Notes under the pieces: generated by a model | Seen by the model: the letters and a program-made list of their open reading frames with translations, nothing else | What the model was told of the DNA's origin: nothing | Database searches by the model: none | In this document: positions 37,092 through 46,103 of the stretch, one piece after another | How positions within the stretch are numbered: position 1 is the stretch's first letter | Layout: each line of letters starts with the position of its first letter | Made by a program: the position numbers and the translations under genes | Virus record (IMG/VR): IMGVR_UViG_3300037183_000031 | Location: 3,302 to 67,301 of that record | From: a virus | Taxonomy: Duplodnaviria; Caudoviricetes | Length of the DNA: 64,000 nt | Direction: 5' to 3' (one strand)

Positions 37092-37379
37092 CTAGCCCCC
37101 CTGGGCCGCAATCTTCTCAGACCCGAGATAGGCGGTCAGTGCGTCGATTAACAGGTCCTTTTGTTCGCGGCGATCCGCGATGGACTTGGCGCGCAGTGCC
37201 TTCACGATCTCGGTCGGAATCCAGTGTCGGAACTGGGTCAGCGATCCGCCCTTCGCCCGATCGTAGGTCCTGCCCTCGCCCCACCTCCAAAGCCCGCGCA
37301 CGTCCGACCGCTTGCGCTGGCGTTCCCCTTGGACGACGACGGTTTCCGTTCGACGCTTGACCGGGCGGGCAGTTGTCAC
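37092..37379 (-). CDS. Ribbon-helix-helix-like DNA-binding protein
   Basis: TQFRHWIPTEIVKALRAKSIADRREQKDLLIDALTAYL (strand, helix, helix). Confidence 0.6.
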   Translation of the reverse strand: MTTARPVKRRTETVVVQGERQRKRSDVRGLWRWGEGRTYDRAKGGSLTQFRHWIPTEIVKALRAKSIADRREQKDLLIDALTAYLGSEKIAAQGG

Positions 37380-39517
37380 AGCCCCTCCACGATATCGGCG
37401 CGTCCCGCGAGGTTCGCCATCAGCCGCGCCCGTACCACCACGGCTTGCAGTTCTTCGCCCTGCTTGCCCTTCGCCAGCTTCACCATGCGGGCCTTGAAGT
37501 CAGCGGGATCGCTCGCGGCCTTGACCTCGCGATTGATGCTCACCAGAAGATCGCGCATGGCCTCCCGGCCGCGGGCGGCAGCCTTCAGGACCAGTGCATC
37601 GGCGTAGCGGGCGGCGACCTTGGCCCCCTTGATGGTCCGACCGTTCGAGCGAAGCGCCACGCTCCCGCCGGCGCCGGCCGACGCGCGCACCTTGCCCGTC
37701 CCGGTGCGGCGCTTCAACTTGGTTCGGAGATCGTCCAGGCTCATGGCCGACATGCTGCCATAGGCCCTCTCGTCGTTTCGATGGGCGAGATAACTGGCCT
37801 TGGCCGCGTCCGCGCTGGCGAAGCCGAGGAAAAACTTGTCCTCATCGTGGGCCTTGAAGTCCGGGGCCCGCAACTGGTGGACCACGTATACCTCCTGGGC
37901 GCTCGCGTCGGGCCCGAGATAGACGTCAAGCTCCTCGCCGTCCGCGCCGATGTGACCCTCCAGGTAGCCATAGTCGGTCAGCATCGTGGTCGCGCCGATA
38001 CGCTTCCCATCCTCGTCGGTCCACAGGCGGATCGAGCCCGCGGGGTTCTCGATGCAGATCGGGAAGCCGGCAAAGTCCTTCCGCAACAGGGGCTCGCCGT
38101 CGGAGGCGGACAGCTTGGCGCTATTTTTCTTCGCCGCGGCGCCGGGAGATCCCCCCCCGCCGGCGCCTGACTGGCCACCGCCGCCACCCCCGGGATTCAC
38201 GCCAGCCGCTTTCTGATTCTGCGCGAATTCTTCCGCGCGCTGCTCTTTCTGTTTGTCCTCGAGCTCCTGGACCTCCTCCTCGCTGAGCATCGGGTAGCCG
38301 GCGCGGTCGATCACGGCGCGGATATCGATCGGCACGCCGGCGGCGACCATGGCGCCCAGCGCCTGGCCCAGAAGCAGCATTGACTGGGCTTCATCCTTGG
38401 CGTCGTTCTCCTGGGTGGCTCCGTACTCGGGGCGGGGGGCAAGCTCAGCGTCGCCGTAGTTGGCCTTCGTCCAGTAGGTGAGCACCTGGAGCCGAAGACA
38501 CTTCGCAACCTTCGCATCCTGCGCCTTGTAGTCCGAGCGGATGCCCTCCATCACGTCCGCCGCGCGCCCGCCACCGAGACCGCCGCCCTTGGCTTCCGTG
38601 GTGAGGTTCTGACCGTTCACACAGATCGCGATATCCACGTCGATCTGTTTCTTGAAATCGTCGAAGGTGGTGTAGCCGCGGCTCTTGGCCTCCAGCATCT
38701 CGACGTCGAATGACTTCCCCTCGCCGTCCTTGCCCGCGGGGACGATGATCGCACCGTCGGCGCCGGCGTTGATCAGATCGGCTTTGAATCGCTGCTTGAC
38801 CTCGTCGTCGGCGTTGGACGGGACAATCCCCTTCTTCATCGGCGCGCCGTAGACCTCGTTATACCGGGCCCAGTCGCGATAGTTCCACGCGCGCATGAGG
38901 TACAGCCGAGACAGGGGGCGAATCAATCCGTGGATCCAGCCGTAGATGAATCCGCGCGGGCACCAGACCACCCACTTCCCGTCACTGCGGGGGTTCTCGT
39001 CGATCTTCGGCAACTCCTCCATGCCGTTGGCCGTGATGATCCAAAAGCTGAAGGTGGCCCAGTTCCAATAGACGAATTGTGGGTGCCACACGCGAAGGCG
39101 CGGGGTGTGCCAGAGCCGGCCCTTCGCGTCCTTCTCGCCGCGCCAAATGATTTCTGCGACGCCGAAGCCAAGCTGATGACCCCACCGCATCAGCTCGGCG
39201 ATGGTCTCACTGGGGAATAGCTCATCCCAGATTCCAGGCTGCTTGTCGTCCCCCCCGAGATAGCTCGCGACCTCGGCCGCCTTCGGGGTCTCATCCGCCG
39301 GCTTGCAGGTCAGCGGCGTGGCGAGGAGCCCACCGGACCGTGTGCTCAGGATGCCGTTGATTCGGTCGTCCCGTAGTATCTGGTCCGCGAACATGGACGC
39401 CGTTCGGAAATTCCCGTACTCAAACGCGCGGAGGATCCCCTCCACGTCCACGTTGTTGTCGACCCCAGACCAGGAGCCATACGGAATTTGTACGAGGGGC
39501 GCGCGGCCCAGAGCCAT
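37376..39517 (-). CDS. Portal protein (Mu gp29 / DUF935-like) with inserted inorganic pyrophosphatase-like domain
   Basis: WARYNEVYGAPMKKG and DIAICVNGQNLTTE are portal motifs. FPICIENPAGS...YGYLEG..GADGEELDVYLG...DEDKFFLGF (about 38075-37780) is InPase-like. Confidence 0.88.
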   Translation of the reverse strand: MALGRAPLVQIPYGSWSGVDNNVDVEGILRAFEYGNFRTASMFADQILRDDRINGILSTRSGGLLATPLTCKPADETPKAAEVASYLGGDDKQPGIWDELFPSETIAELMRWGHQLGFGVAEIIWRGEKDAKGRLWHTPRLRVWHPQFVYWNWATFSFWIITANGMEELPKIDENPRSDGKWVVWCPRGFIYGWIHGLIRPLSRLYLMRAWNYRDWARYNEVYGAPMKKGIVPSNADDEVKQRFKADLINAGADGAIIVPAGKDGEGKSFDVEMLEAKSRGYTTFDDFKKQIDVDIAICVNGQNLTTEAKGGGLGGGRAADVMEGIRSDYKAQDAKVAKCLRLQVLTYWTKANYGDAELAPRPEYGATQENDAKDEAQSMLLLGQALGAMVAAGVPIDIRAVIDRAGYPMLSEEEVQELEDKQKEQRAEEFAQNQKAAGVNPGGGGGGQSGAGGGGSPGAAAKKNSAKLSASDGEPLLRKDFAGFPICIENPAGSIRLWTDEDGKRIGATTMLTDYGYLEGHIGADGEELDVYLGPDASAQEVYVVHQLRAPDFKAHDEDKFFLGFASADAAKASYLAHRNDERAYGSMSAMSLDDLRTKLKRRTGTGKVRASAGAGGSVALRSNGRTIKGAKVAARYADALVLKAAARGREAMRDLLVSINREVKAASDPADFKARMVKLAKGKQGEELQAVVVRARLMANLAGRADIVEGL

Positions 39518-39522
39518 GCCTA

Positions 39523-39551
39523 AAGGTCGCCGAAGGGCGGCGGGCTGTCAA
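39523..39551 (-). promoter_or_regulatory. Possible promoter directly upstream of the portal start
   Basis: TTGACA, 17 nt, GACCTT, 5 nt, ATG 39517; no SD. Confidence 0.35.
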
Positions 39552-39871
39552 CCTTGGCGGGGGTTCAGCAGATTCGAGAACGTTCCACCAACCGCGAGTG
39601 GATGATCTGTTTTGAACGGCTGGCCGTCAAGATGCACACGCGAGAGCCGCTCCGCCTCTATCAGCTCCGCCCATCTCTCCGCCGCCTCGGTGTCGGCGGG
39701 ATCACCTGGCCAATTGGGAGATAGCGGATACGGCATCGTCTGCCATGCGCGCTCTGCCAAGGCACGTCCCCTTACAGGACCAAGGGCACCACATACCTGG
39801 CAAGCCGGGGCGGTCCAGTTTCCTTTTAGACCACCGCCGCAACCCGGGAACCTGGGTTCTTCCTTGGGCAT
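39548..39871 (-). CDS. Hypothetical protein
   Basis: 107 aa with CQVC; between TerL and portal. Confidence 0.45.
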   Translation of the reverse strand: MPKEEPRFPGCGGGLKGNWTAPACQVCGALGPVRGRALAERAWQTMPYPLSPNWPGDPADTEAAERWAELIEAERLSRVHLDGQPFKTDHPLAVGGTFSNLLNPRQG

Positions 39872-39910
39872 ATCCTGATCTTACGTCGAGCCCACACACC
39901 GGGACATCCG

Positions 39911-41365
39911 CTACATCCGCCGCTTCGCGACCACGGCCCCCTGCCCACTGTAGATAACCTTCGGCTCATAGGAATTCCAGCAGCCCGACGTCACGTCAAC
40001 CTGATCGTCGTGGGCATCGTTCACGCCGGTGAAGTCCTCCATCTCCCGCAGGTACTCCTTCAGCCAGGGAGCGGAGATTGGGACGAGTACTCGCCCACCA
40101 TCCGGGTCGTTCCAGGCAGCCGCGACCGGCTGGGCCCGGGTGAACTTGTCGCCCTGCGGATCGGTGTCGCCCTCCACGCCTCCCGGATCGACCAGCTCCA
40201 GCATGTCCGGGATCGCCCGCGCCATGCCCACGGCCTCAACGTTTGCCACCGTGTTACCCCAGCGGGCTTGAAAGGCTCGCAGGTCATCCATGAACGTTGG
40301 GACGGTGACCTGCTTTCGGTAGACCTCGAGAATCCATCCCTTGCGGGTGTGTGGCTCGCGTCCCTCTATCGCCATCGCCATGATCGAGCTGAAGTCGTTG
40401 GATGTTTTCTTGGTCGCCGCCGGGTCGGCGTAGATGACGATTTGCTTCCCGGTGATGCTGAAGGTGGTGTGATCGTAGTAGGTCGGCGAGCCGAAGACCG
40501 TCGCTCCTCGAGGGCGTGGACGTCCCTGGTACATCGCCGCGAACGTATATTCGTTCGTCTTGCGGATGCTCGACAGGTGCCCGGAGTGCGCGCACGTTCG
40601 CGAGGCGCATTGTTCCACTGGGTATTGCTCAGGCCACAGCGCTTCCCCCGGAGCACGCCCGAGGGGATCGGCCGGGAAGCCGTGGGCAGGATCTTCGACC
40701 TCAGCGATGGCGGTGAGGTTCAGGACCTCCCAGCCGCCCTGTTCGATCAGCCGACCGATCAGATCGTCCTTGTGCCACCTCGTCATGACCACCAGGACCG
40801 AGGCGCCTTCCAGCCGGGTCATGGCCACGTCCGTGAACCAGCCCCACACCGATTCCCGTTGGATCTCTGAGTCGGCTTCCTCGCGGTTCTTGATCGGATC
40901 GTCGATGACCAGGAGGCCCGAGACGCCCTGCCCGGTGAGACCGCCGCCAACGCCGCCGGCGAGCAATCCACCGCCGTCCGTGGTGCGCCACTCCGCCTTG
41001 CTGGTGCTGTCCGTCCGAAGCTCCACGCCCGCGCGCAAGGCCAGCTCCCGCGTCGGGCCCGACTTGGACAGCGCCTGGGTGTCCGAATAGCTCATGTAGG
41101 CGTGGGTATCGGCTGGCGATTGGGTGAGCCACCAGGCCAGGCCGTGCTGGATCGTGGTGGTCTTCGCGTGCCGCGGCGGGAACGAAATCACGGCGCGGAC
41201 CACCTCGCGCCTCGCCCGCTCGATCAGGTCGATCAACGGCTTGAGGTGCGGCGGCGGCGGATGGTGCGGCGACATGCGCCGAATGAAGTTCGAAAGGGAC
41301 TCGCCGCCGGAGTCGACCTCTTCGAGCTCCAGAAGCTCGACTTCCTCCTCGGCGGTCAGCGCCAT
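39911..41365 (-). CDS. terL: Terminase large subunit
   Basis: PPRHAKT (Walker A), LVIDDPIKN (Walker B), MTRWHKDD, YADPA and HDDQVD; start ATG 41365. Confidence 0.93.
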   Translation of the reverse strand: MALTAEEEVELLELEEVDSGGESLSNFIRRMSPHHPPPPHLKPLIDLIERARREVVRAVISFPPRHAKTTTIQHGLAWWLTQSPADTHAYMSYSDTQALSKSGPTRELALRAGVELRTDSTSKAEWRTTDGGGLLAGGVGGGLTGQGVSGLLVIDDPIKNREEADSEIQRESVWGWFTDVAMTRLEGASVLVVMTRWHKDDLIGRLIEQGGWEVLNLTAIAEVEDPAHGFPADPLGRAPGEALWPEQYPVEQCASRTCAHSGHLSSIRKTNEYTFAAMYQGRPRPRGATVFGSPTYYDHTTFSITGKQIVIYADPAATKKTSNDFSSIMAMAIEGREPHTRKGWILEVYRKQVTVPTFMDDLRAFQARWGNTVANVEAVGMARAIPDMLELVDPGGVEGDTDPQGDKFTRAQPVAAAWNDPDGGRVLVPISAPWLKEYLREMEDFTGVNDAHDDQVDVTSGCWNSYEPKVIYSGQGAVVAKRRM

Positions 41366-41372
41366 GGAGCCT

Positions 41373-41648
41373 TCAATTGCGGGGCGGCGTGTTCGAGATC
41401 GAAGCCGTCCGACACCAGCGCTTGGCGGCCTCGACGATCCGCATGACCAGCGCGCCATCGTCACGACCGGATGCGTATGTCAGTTCGTACATTCTGCCGT
41501 CATCCCCCTTGGCGCGAATTCCAAACACCAGGGACTGCCTTGGGCGGCTTGGCTCAACCCACACCACCGAGACGTCGCTCATGTCGCCGGTCTTTTCCAG
41601 ATACTGTTTCAACAGATCGAGAGCCTCCCTAACGCTCACCTCTTTCAC
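41373..41648 (-). CDS. Hypothetical protein
   Basis: GTG 41648 overlaps the upstream stop; MKEVSVREALDLLKQYL. Confidence 0.55.
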   Translation of the reverse strand: MKEVSVREALDLLKQYLEKTGDMSDVSVVWVEPSRPRQSLVFGIRAKGDDGRMYELTYASGRDDGALVMRIVEAAKRWCRTASISNTPPRN

Positions 41649-41914
41649 GCGCCGGCCCTCTCCGCGGCCCAGCGTCGCACGGCGGCGAGCATGGCGTTGA
41701 ACGATCCGCGCTCGGCGTGTGGATCCCCGCCCATCGTCACGTGCCATCCGAAGGTCTTGCCCTTGTGGATGATTTCCACGCCGCAGATCGTGGCGGTGAT
41801 GGCAAGGTGAACCATCAGCCCAGACCGCTCCACGCTGACCTTCAACGCCGTCAACGCGTCGGTCGCCTGGCTCTTGGTGAGGCAGGCCGGGTTGCGTGGT
41901 CGGGTCATCATCAT
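41645..41914 (-). CDS. Hypothetical protein
   Basis: 89 aa ORF in a coupled chain. Confidence 0.55.
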   Translation of the reverse strand: MMMTRPRNPACLTKSQATDALTALKVSVERSGLMVHLAITATICGVEIIHKGKTFGWHVTMGGDPHAERGSFNAMLAAVRRWAAERAGA

Positions 41915-41926
41915 GATCCCAGCGCC

Positions 41927-42184
41927 CTACTGGTCCGCTCGAGATCGGTTTGGCAACGACCGCCGTCTTTCCTCGAGCCGCCTCGCCGCGGCCACCTTGC
42001 GCAACCTCTTCCTCTGCTCCGCCGATTTGGCTGGGTCCGTTCGGGCCTCTCGGCACTTCACGCAACCGGCATGTGGAAGGGATTGCACATAGGTCAGATG
42101 GACTCCCCTTTCCCCGCAAGCCGCAACGTCGATGCCTGGCCCCACCCGAACGTGGGAGTCAGGCGCTGGGTTGAGGCGCCTCAC
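41927..42184 (-). CDS. Hypothetical Cys/His protein
   Basis: GTG 42184; H...AACG...CVKC, then a basic tail. Confidence 0.5.
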   Translation of the reverse strand: MRRLNPAPDSHVRVGPGIDVAACGERGVHLTYVQSLPHAGCVKCREARTDPAKSAEQRKRLRKVAAARRLEERRRSLPNRSRADQ

Positions 42185-42894
42185 GCGTGCGCCCCGACCG
42201 GAAGGCATCGGCGAAACCCTTCGCCACTGCACGGGCGACACATCGTCTTGCCGCGCACATTGCCTGGTTCCGGGACCTTGCCCGTGCCCTTGCAGTTCAG
42301 GTGCGTGACCAGACCGCCGGCCTTTACTGGTCCCCATCCAGCACCAGGATGGATGTAGCCCACCACGCTTTGCTCGACGGGGACCGGCGGTGGTGGCGGT
42401 CGTCGATCAGGGTCGCGAAGGTCTTGGAGTAGCTCCTCGGTCGGCTCCTCTTGGGGCATGCGGTCGAACTTGCTCTGATGCAGCACCGGCAGATCGCCCA
42501 GTCGCACCGGGTCTGGCGTGAGGCGCATCTTGAACCCCTCCAGCGCGTCCTCGGCCTCGCCGCGGGTCGCGAACGCCTTGGAGTAGTACTTCCCGTCCAA
42601 GCGGATCTGATACCGCCATCGGCTGCCGCCCTTGACCGGTCCAACGCTTCCGCCGGCGGCGCGCCGCTTGCTGCCGCCCGGGCCCGTTGGCGTTCCGGAC
42701 GTCTTCTGCGCCGGCGCGCCGCCGTCCAGCTCCGCCAACAATTCGGTGAGCTGGCTCGCGCGGGCCCGCACCTTGTCCAGTTCGGCGGTGACCCGGCCCC
42801 GGATGTCCTGTCGTTTCTCTTGCCATGCCCGAGCTTCGGAGAGAATGTCCTGGCCCGCCAGGAGAGCCTTGCTCAGAGTTGTTATCCTTTTCAT
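42181..42894 (-). CDS. Putative DNA-binding protein (coiled coil, AP2/Arm-like domain, Zn finger)
   Basis: SRWRYQIRLDGKYYSKAFATRGEAEDAL and CKGTG...CRPCSGEG. Confidence 0.6.
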   Translation of the reverse strand: MKRITTLSKALLAGQDILSEARAWQEKRQDIRGRVTAELDKVRARASQLTELLAELDGGAPAQKTSGTPTGPGGSKRRAAGGSVGPVKGGSRWRYQIRLDGKYYSKAFATRGEAEDALEGFKMRLTPDPVRLGDLPVLHQSKFDRMPQEEPTEELLQDLRDPDRRPPPPPVPVEQSVVGYIHPGAGWGPVKAGGLVTHLNCKGTGKVPEPGNVRGKTMCRPCSGEGFRRCLPVGAHA

Positions 42895-43361
42895 TTCTCC
42901 TGCTCCTCGTCTGGGATGGTGGATTCAACCGTGCCCGCCGTGGCCTTCGCGATCAGTTCAGCCACCCGGGCCCGGCGCTCCTTCGTGGTCAGGGCCCGAG
43001 CACTCCGAACGGTGCCGTCCGTTTCGATCGGACCGCCATCCGGACCGCTGATGTGAATCTGTTGGACGGCGCGCCCCTGGAGCTGCTCAAGAAAAAACTG
43101 CTGGGCCTTGTCGCTGCCCCGGAGCGCCTTCGCGAAGAGGGCCTCCCGCACCGCTCGCACGCGTAGCAACTTTTTGCCGACCTGTTTGGGTCTGGGATCG
43201 TCAATCTCCTCAAGCGCGAACCGGCGGAACTCCGCCAGCCAGTTGACCCCGTTGATGCCCTTCGGATTGAGCCGCTCCCCCGGTCTGATTGGGGGCCGCA
43301 GGTTCGCCAGGCTCGCAGGGTGCCTGGGTCGCTTCTGTTTCGGTTCCTCTTCCCGAGCCAC
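42891..43361 (-). CDS. Terminase small subunit candidate (DUF5681-like)
   Basis: SLANLRPPIRPGERLNPKG...KALRGSDKAQQFFLEQLQGRAVQQIHISGPDGGPI; I place the start at GTG 43361. Confidence 0.65.
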   Translation of the reverse strand: MAREEEPKQKRPRHPASLANLRPPIRPGERLNPKGINGVNWLAEFRRFALEEIDDPRPKQVGKKLLRVRAVREALFAKALRGSDKAQQFFLEQLQGRAVQQIHISGPDGGPIETDGTVRSARALTTKERRARVAELIAKATAGTVESTIPDEEQEK

Positions 43362-43906
43362 GTGATCAGTGTAACCGAATCGGGACGCGCGTGTGTATAC
43401 CGTAATCCGTTGACCGGCGAAGGCCCGCCAATCCGCCTGCCCAATTGCGGCGCGTGATATGCAGACGGCACCGCACCATGCCACACAACAATCAGACCTC
43501 CCAGCGCCCGCTCTATCCCATCCAGCTCCGGGCCCCTTCGCAGGCCCGCCTTTTCCAGCTTTACGCGTAGCCCGTCTCGTTCGCGAAGCCATCGCCGGGC
43601 AGACGTCCTGGTGCAGCTCCGCCCCTGCCAGTGCCATCGGTGCGCCACGAACATGCCTTCGAGGTATCCGGTCCCCTTTGTGACCAGATACGTCGGCGAT
43701 GGCGGCGCCGGGCAGTCGCGCTCTAGGCTGCTCCACGGCCATGACGATGGCTTCCAAGGTCAGCGGCGGCGATCCCAGAAGATTGCTGAACGTGCCGGAG
43801 CCCGCCCCTTCTCGCTTCAGCCGGTCCCACAGGCTCTTGCCCGTCTGCCGCGCCGCCATCAGCAGGATGTGGCGGTCCGGCTGGCCCTCGGACTCTTCCT
43901 CGTCGC

Positions 43907-44122
43907 TCATGGTCGCACCAATGACGGTAGCCTAGGCGACCGTTCGAACGTCGTGATCTGTTTGGGTTTTTCTGCGGCCTTCGGAAGCACCGTGCGGGCC
44001 CGCGGCATCCCCCAGGCGTGCGGTCGGCGGGGCATCACAGGGTCAAACGTTTCTTCATGACAGCACCTCGCGAAGATCGCCAGCGAGACCGCCAGGATGA
44101 ACCAGTCACGCCGTTTCTTCAC
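43907..44122 (-). CDS. Small secreted or lipoprotein-like protein
   Basis: MKKRRDWFILAVSLAIFARCC. Confidence 0.5.
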   Translation of the reverse strand: MKKRRDWFILAVSLAIFARCCHEETFDPVMPRRPHAWGMPRARTVLPKAAEKPKQITTFERSPRLPSLVRP

Positions 44123-44313
44123 GAGCGCGGCTCACACAACTTGCTCGACTGCAATCCCAATTGCTTGAACTTTTCGCACACTGGACACCGGTCGCCGTCG
44201 GCACCGATTTGGGAGATCGACCACATCTCATCCTTCGCGCCTTGCCAGAGCCTGCCCAGAACCAGGCCCATGATGAACGCCCAGGTCACGATCGCCATCA
44301 CCGCAATGATCAC
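44119..44313 (-). CDS. Small membrane protein
   Basis: GTG 44313; N-terminal TM and CPVC. Confidence 0.5.
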   Translation of the reverse strand: MIIAVMAIVTWAFIMGLVLGRLWQGAKDEMWSISQIGADGDRCPVCEKFKQLGLQSSKLCEPRS

Positions 44314-44852
44314 GGCCCACCAACCCCGCAGACCGCCTGCGCTTGCGGTCCTTGCTGCGCCGAACCCGTGCAGAGCGTCCAGGCATGGGTCGGGCCATCC
44401 GGCGGGCTCACGGCCTGTCCGCAGTAATCCGTGGCCTGCGCTGGCCAATTGGGCGCCATGCACCTCCCGCGATACGGCGCGCACGCTGGGCTTCGCGTGT
44501 CGATGCATGCCCCACAGCTCAGCTGAAGCCCCGGAAACGTCGCCCGACAGTACGTTGCCAGGACCGGGACCTCCTGCTGGTCAGCCCACCGAACAACTCC
44601 CTCGGGGCAGATATCCCAGTTGACGCAGATCAGGCCGTCGGCCGGCTGGAATTCATCGGGCTGATATTTCCCGTTGCTGAGGTAGTCGGTCAGCGTCCCA
44701 TCGGTGTTGACCACCGTTTTCAGAATCGTCGGCGGGGGCTCGCCTGCCGGCGGCCCTACGTCGCATCCGCAGCATGCCACCCACACCGCAACGGCCAGCA
44801 TTCCAGCGGTGAGCGGCCAGTTCAGGGGTCGATTTTCAGGTTCGCGTTTCAT
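44310..44852 (-). CDS. Cys-rich predicted lipoprotein
   Basis: ATG 44852; MLAVAVWVACCGC, then multiple Cys. Confidence 0.6.
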   Translation of the reverse strand: MKREPENRPLNWPLTAGMLAVAVWVACCGCDVGPPAGEPPPTILKTVVNTDGTLTDYLSNGKYQPDEFQPADGLICVNWDICPEGVVRWADQQEVPVLATYCRATFPGLQLSCGACIDTRSPACAPYRGRCMAPNWPAQATDYCGQAVSPPDGPTHAWTLCTGSAQQGPQAQAVCGVGGP

Positions 44853-45042
44853 TGGTCCCTCCCGTGTTCGTGTCTGTCGGGCAATCCCCAAGCTGCGGCT
44901 CATCGCAGATGATGCATCTCGCCAGTTTCGTTCCGTGACATTCCCTGCAGGTCTCTACGTCTCGATCGTCGTCCAGGCAGGTAGGCGTCTCGCCCGTGGG
45001 CGTTTCCCCTGTCCCGTCGCACCGCTCGCAGTCACGTCCCAT
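44836..45042 (-). CDS. DnaJ-type Zn-finger small protein
   Basis: CERCDGTG and CRECHGT. Confidence 0.6.
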   Translation of the reverse strand: MGRDCERCDGTGETPTGETPTCLDDDRDVETCRECHGTKLARCIICDEPQLGDCPTDTNTGGTNETRT

Positions 45043-45406
45043 GGCTGCCCTCCCTTCGCGCGATCGCCACGGCCATCGGTTGCGTGATGTCGTTCCACTC
45101 GGGGGCGAAGTTGAGCGTGAGCACCTGCGCGATTGAGGACGCGCGATCGACGATGATGCCCTCGGACATCGTCCGACCAGCGGCGACCGTCAGGGACTCG
45201 TGGCAAAAGTACGGCACGCCGCGGTCGCGACCGAAGTCGGCCGCGGCGGGCAGCGGCTCGAACCAAAGCTGATCGTAAAGCTCGGCGTTCAGCTCCAGTG
45301 CGACGCGAGTCATCAGCGCAGGCGTTAGAACCTCACCATGGTAGCGCCGCATCACTTCGCGCGCGATGTCCGAGATGACCGATGGCCAGATGACGGCAGC
45401 TTTCAC
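45032..45406 (-). CDS. Hypothetical protein
   Basis: GTG 45406 overlaps the upstream stop; MKAAVIWPSVISDIARE. Confidence 0.55.
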   Translation of the reverse strand: MKAAVIWPSVISDIAREVMRRYHGEVLTPALMTRVALELNAELYDQLWFEPLPAAADFGRDRGVPYFCHESLTVAAGRTMSEGIIVDRASSIAQVLTLNFAPEWNDITQPMAVAIARREGSHGT

Positions 45407-45489
45407 GACAGCCAACCTTTCCAGGCGCACCACACGCCCACGATTCCACAACCGACGATAATCCAGCCCCCAAGTTCTTCGAGGCTCAT
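45403..45489 (-). CDS. 28 aa membrane peptide
   Basis: MSLEELGGWIIVGCGIVGVWCAWKGWLS; overlaps neighbours at both ends (ATGA, GTGA). Confidence 0.5.
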   Translation of the reverse strand: MSLEELGGWIIVGCGIVGVWCAWKGWLS

Positions 45490-45719
45490 GAGACGACGTC
45501 CGTTTCTCCGCCGATCTCCAGTGAGGCTAGCTCGATTTCAGCGAGCCGCGCGCGCCAGCTCACAGCCGCCCCTTGGAACGCGATGGTTGGGAATTCCGAC
45601 TCAGGCTCAGCAGCTGGTCCCGAAAGGTCCATCACGAGCACCGAGGGGCGCGGGGCGTGAACAACGGGCGCTGGGTGAGCGGACAGGAACAGACGTAGAA
45701 ACAGAATGGCAGTGGACAT
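45486..45719 (-). CDS. Small hypothetical protein
   Basis: GAGG RBS; hydrophobic N-terminus. Confidence 0.5.
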   Translation of the reverse strand: MSTAILFLRLFLSAHPAPVVHAPRPSVLVMDLSGPAAEPESEFPTIAFQGAAVSWRARLAEIELASLEIGGETDVVS

Positions 45720-45759
45720 GATGGACCTCGTTTTATTTGGCAGGAGTTTCGGATCGGTT

Positions 45760-46020
45760 TTATCGGCGGCGCTCGTCTATGACTGTCGCCATCGTCTCGC
45801 GGGGAATTCGGGTCGTCTTCCCGACGTCGGCGGGCGGTGGGGCCCCGACCTCTGACAGCACCGCGTCTAGCGCGTCACGCAGGGTCGGGAGATTTTGCTC
45901 GACCATGACTCGACACGCGCGCTCGGTCAGACATTCGGCGAGGGCGTAGGCTCGTGTCTGGCCCGGATCTCTCGGGGCTGGGGTTTCGGTGCGGGGCTTC
46001 TGGGCTGTTGTATTTGTCAT
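45760..46020 (-). CDS. Hypothetical protein
   Basis: 86 aa after an AT-rich gap. Confidence 0.55.
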   Translation of the reverse strand: MTNTTAQKPRTETPAPRDPGQTRAYALAECLTERACRVMVEQNLPTLRDALDAVLSEVGAPPPADVGKTTRIPRETMATVIDERRR

Positions 46021-46103
46021 GAGAGATTCATCGACAGATTACGGGGAAACTTTAATCGTCTCGTTTGGTCGAGGTATTTGATGATTCTTGCTCTGAGTCG
46101 CGC

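Noticed and set aside
24215-39517. Calling the element a Mu-like transposable phage
   Set aside because: Only head and neck genes are Mu-like; no transposase A/B, Mor/C or Mu-type ends are seen in the window.
41373-42119. The 248 aa ORF as a single gene
   Set aside because: Its upstream part overlaps two better-supported genes in other frames; only the part from GTG 41648 is kept.
42181-42894. Integrase
   Set aside because: An Arm-like segment is present, but no tyrosine- or serine-recombinase catalytic motifs.
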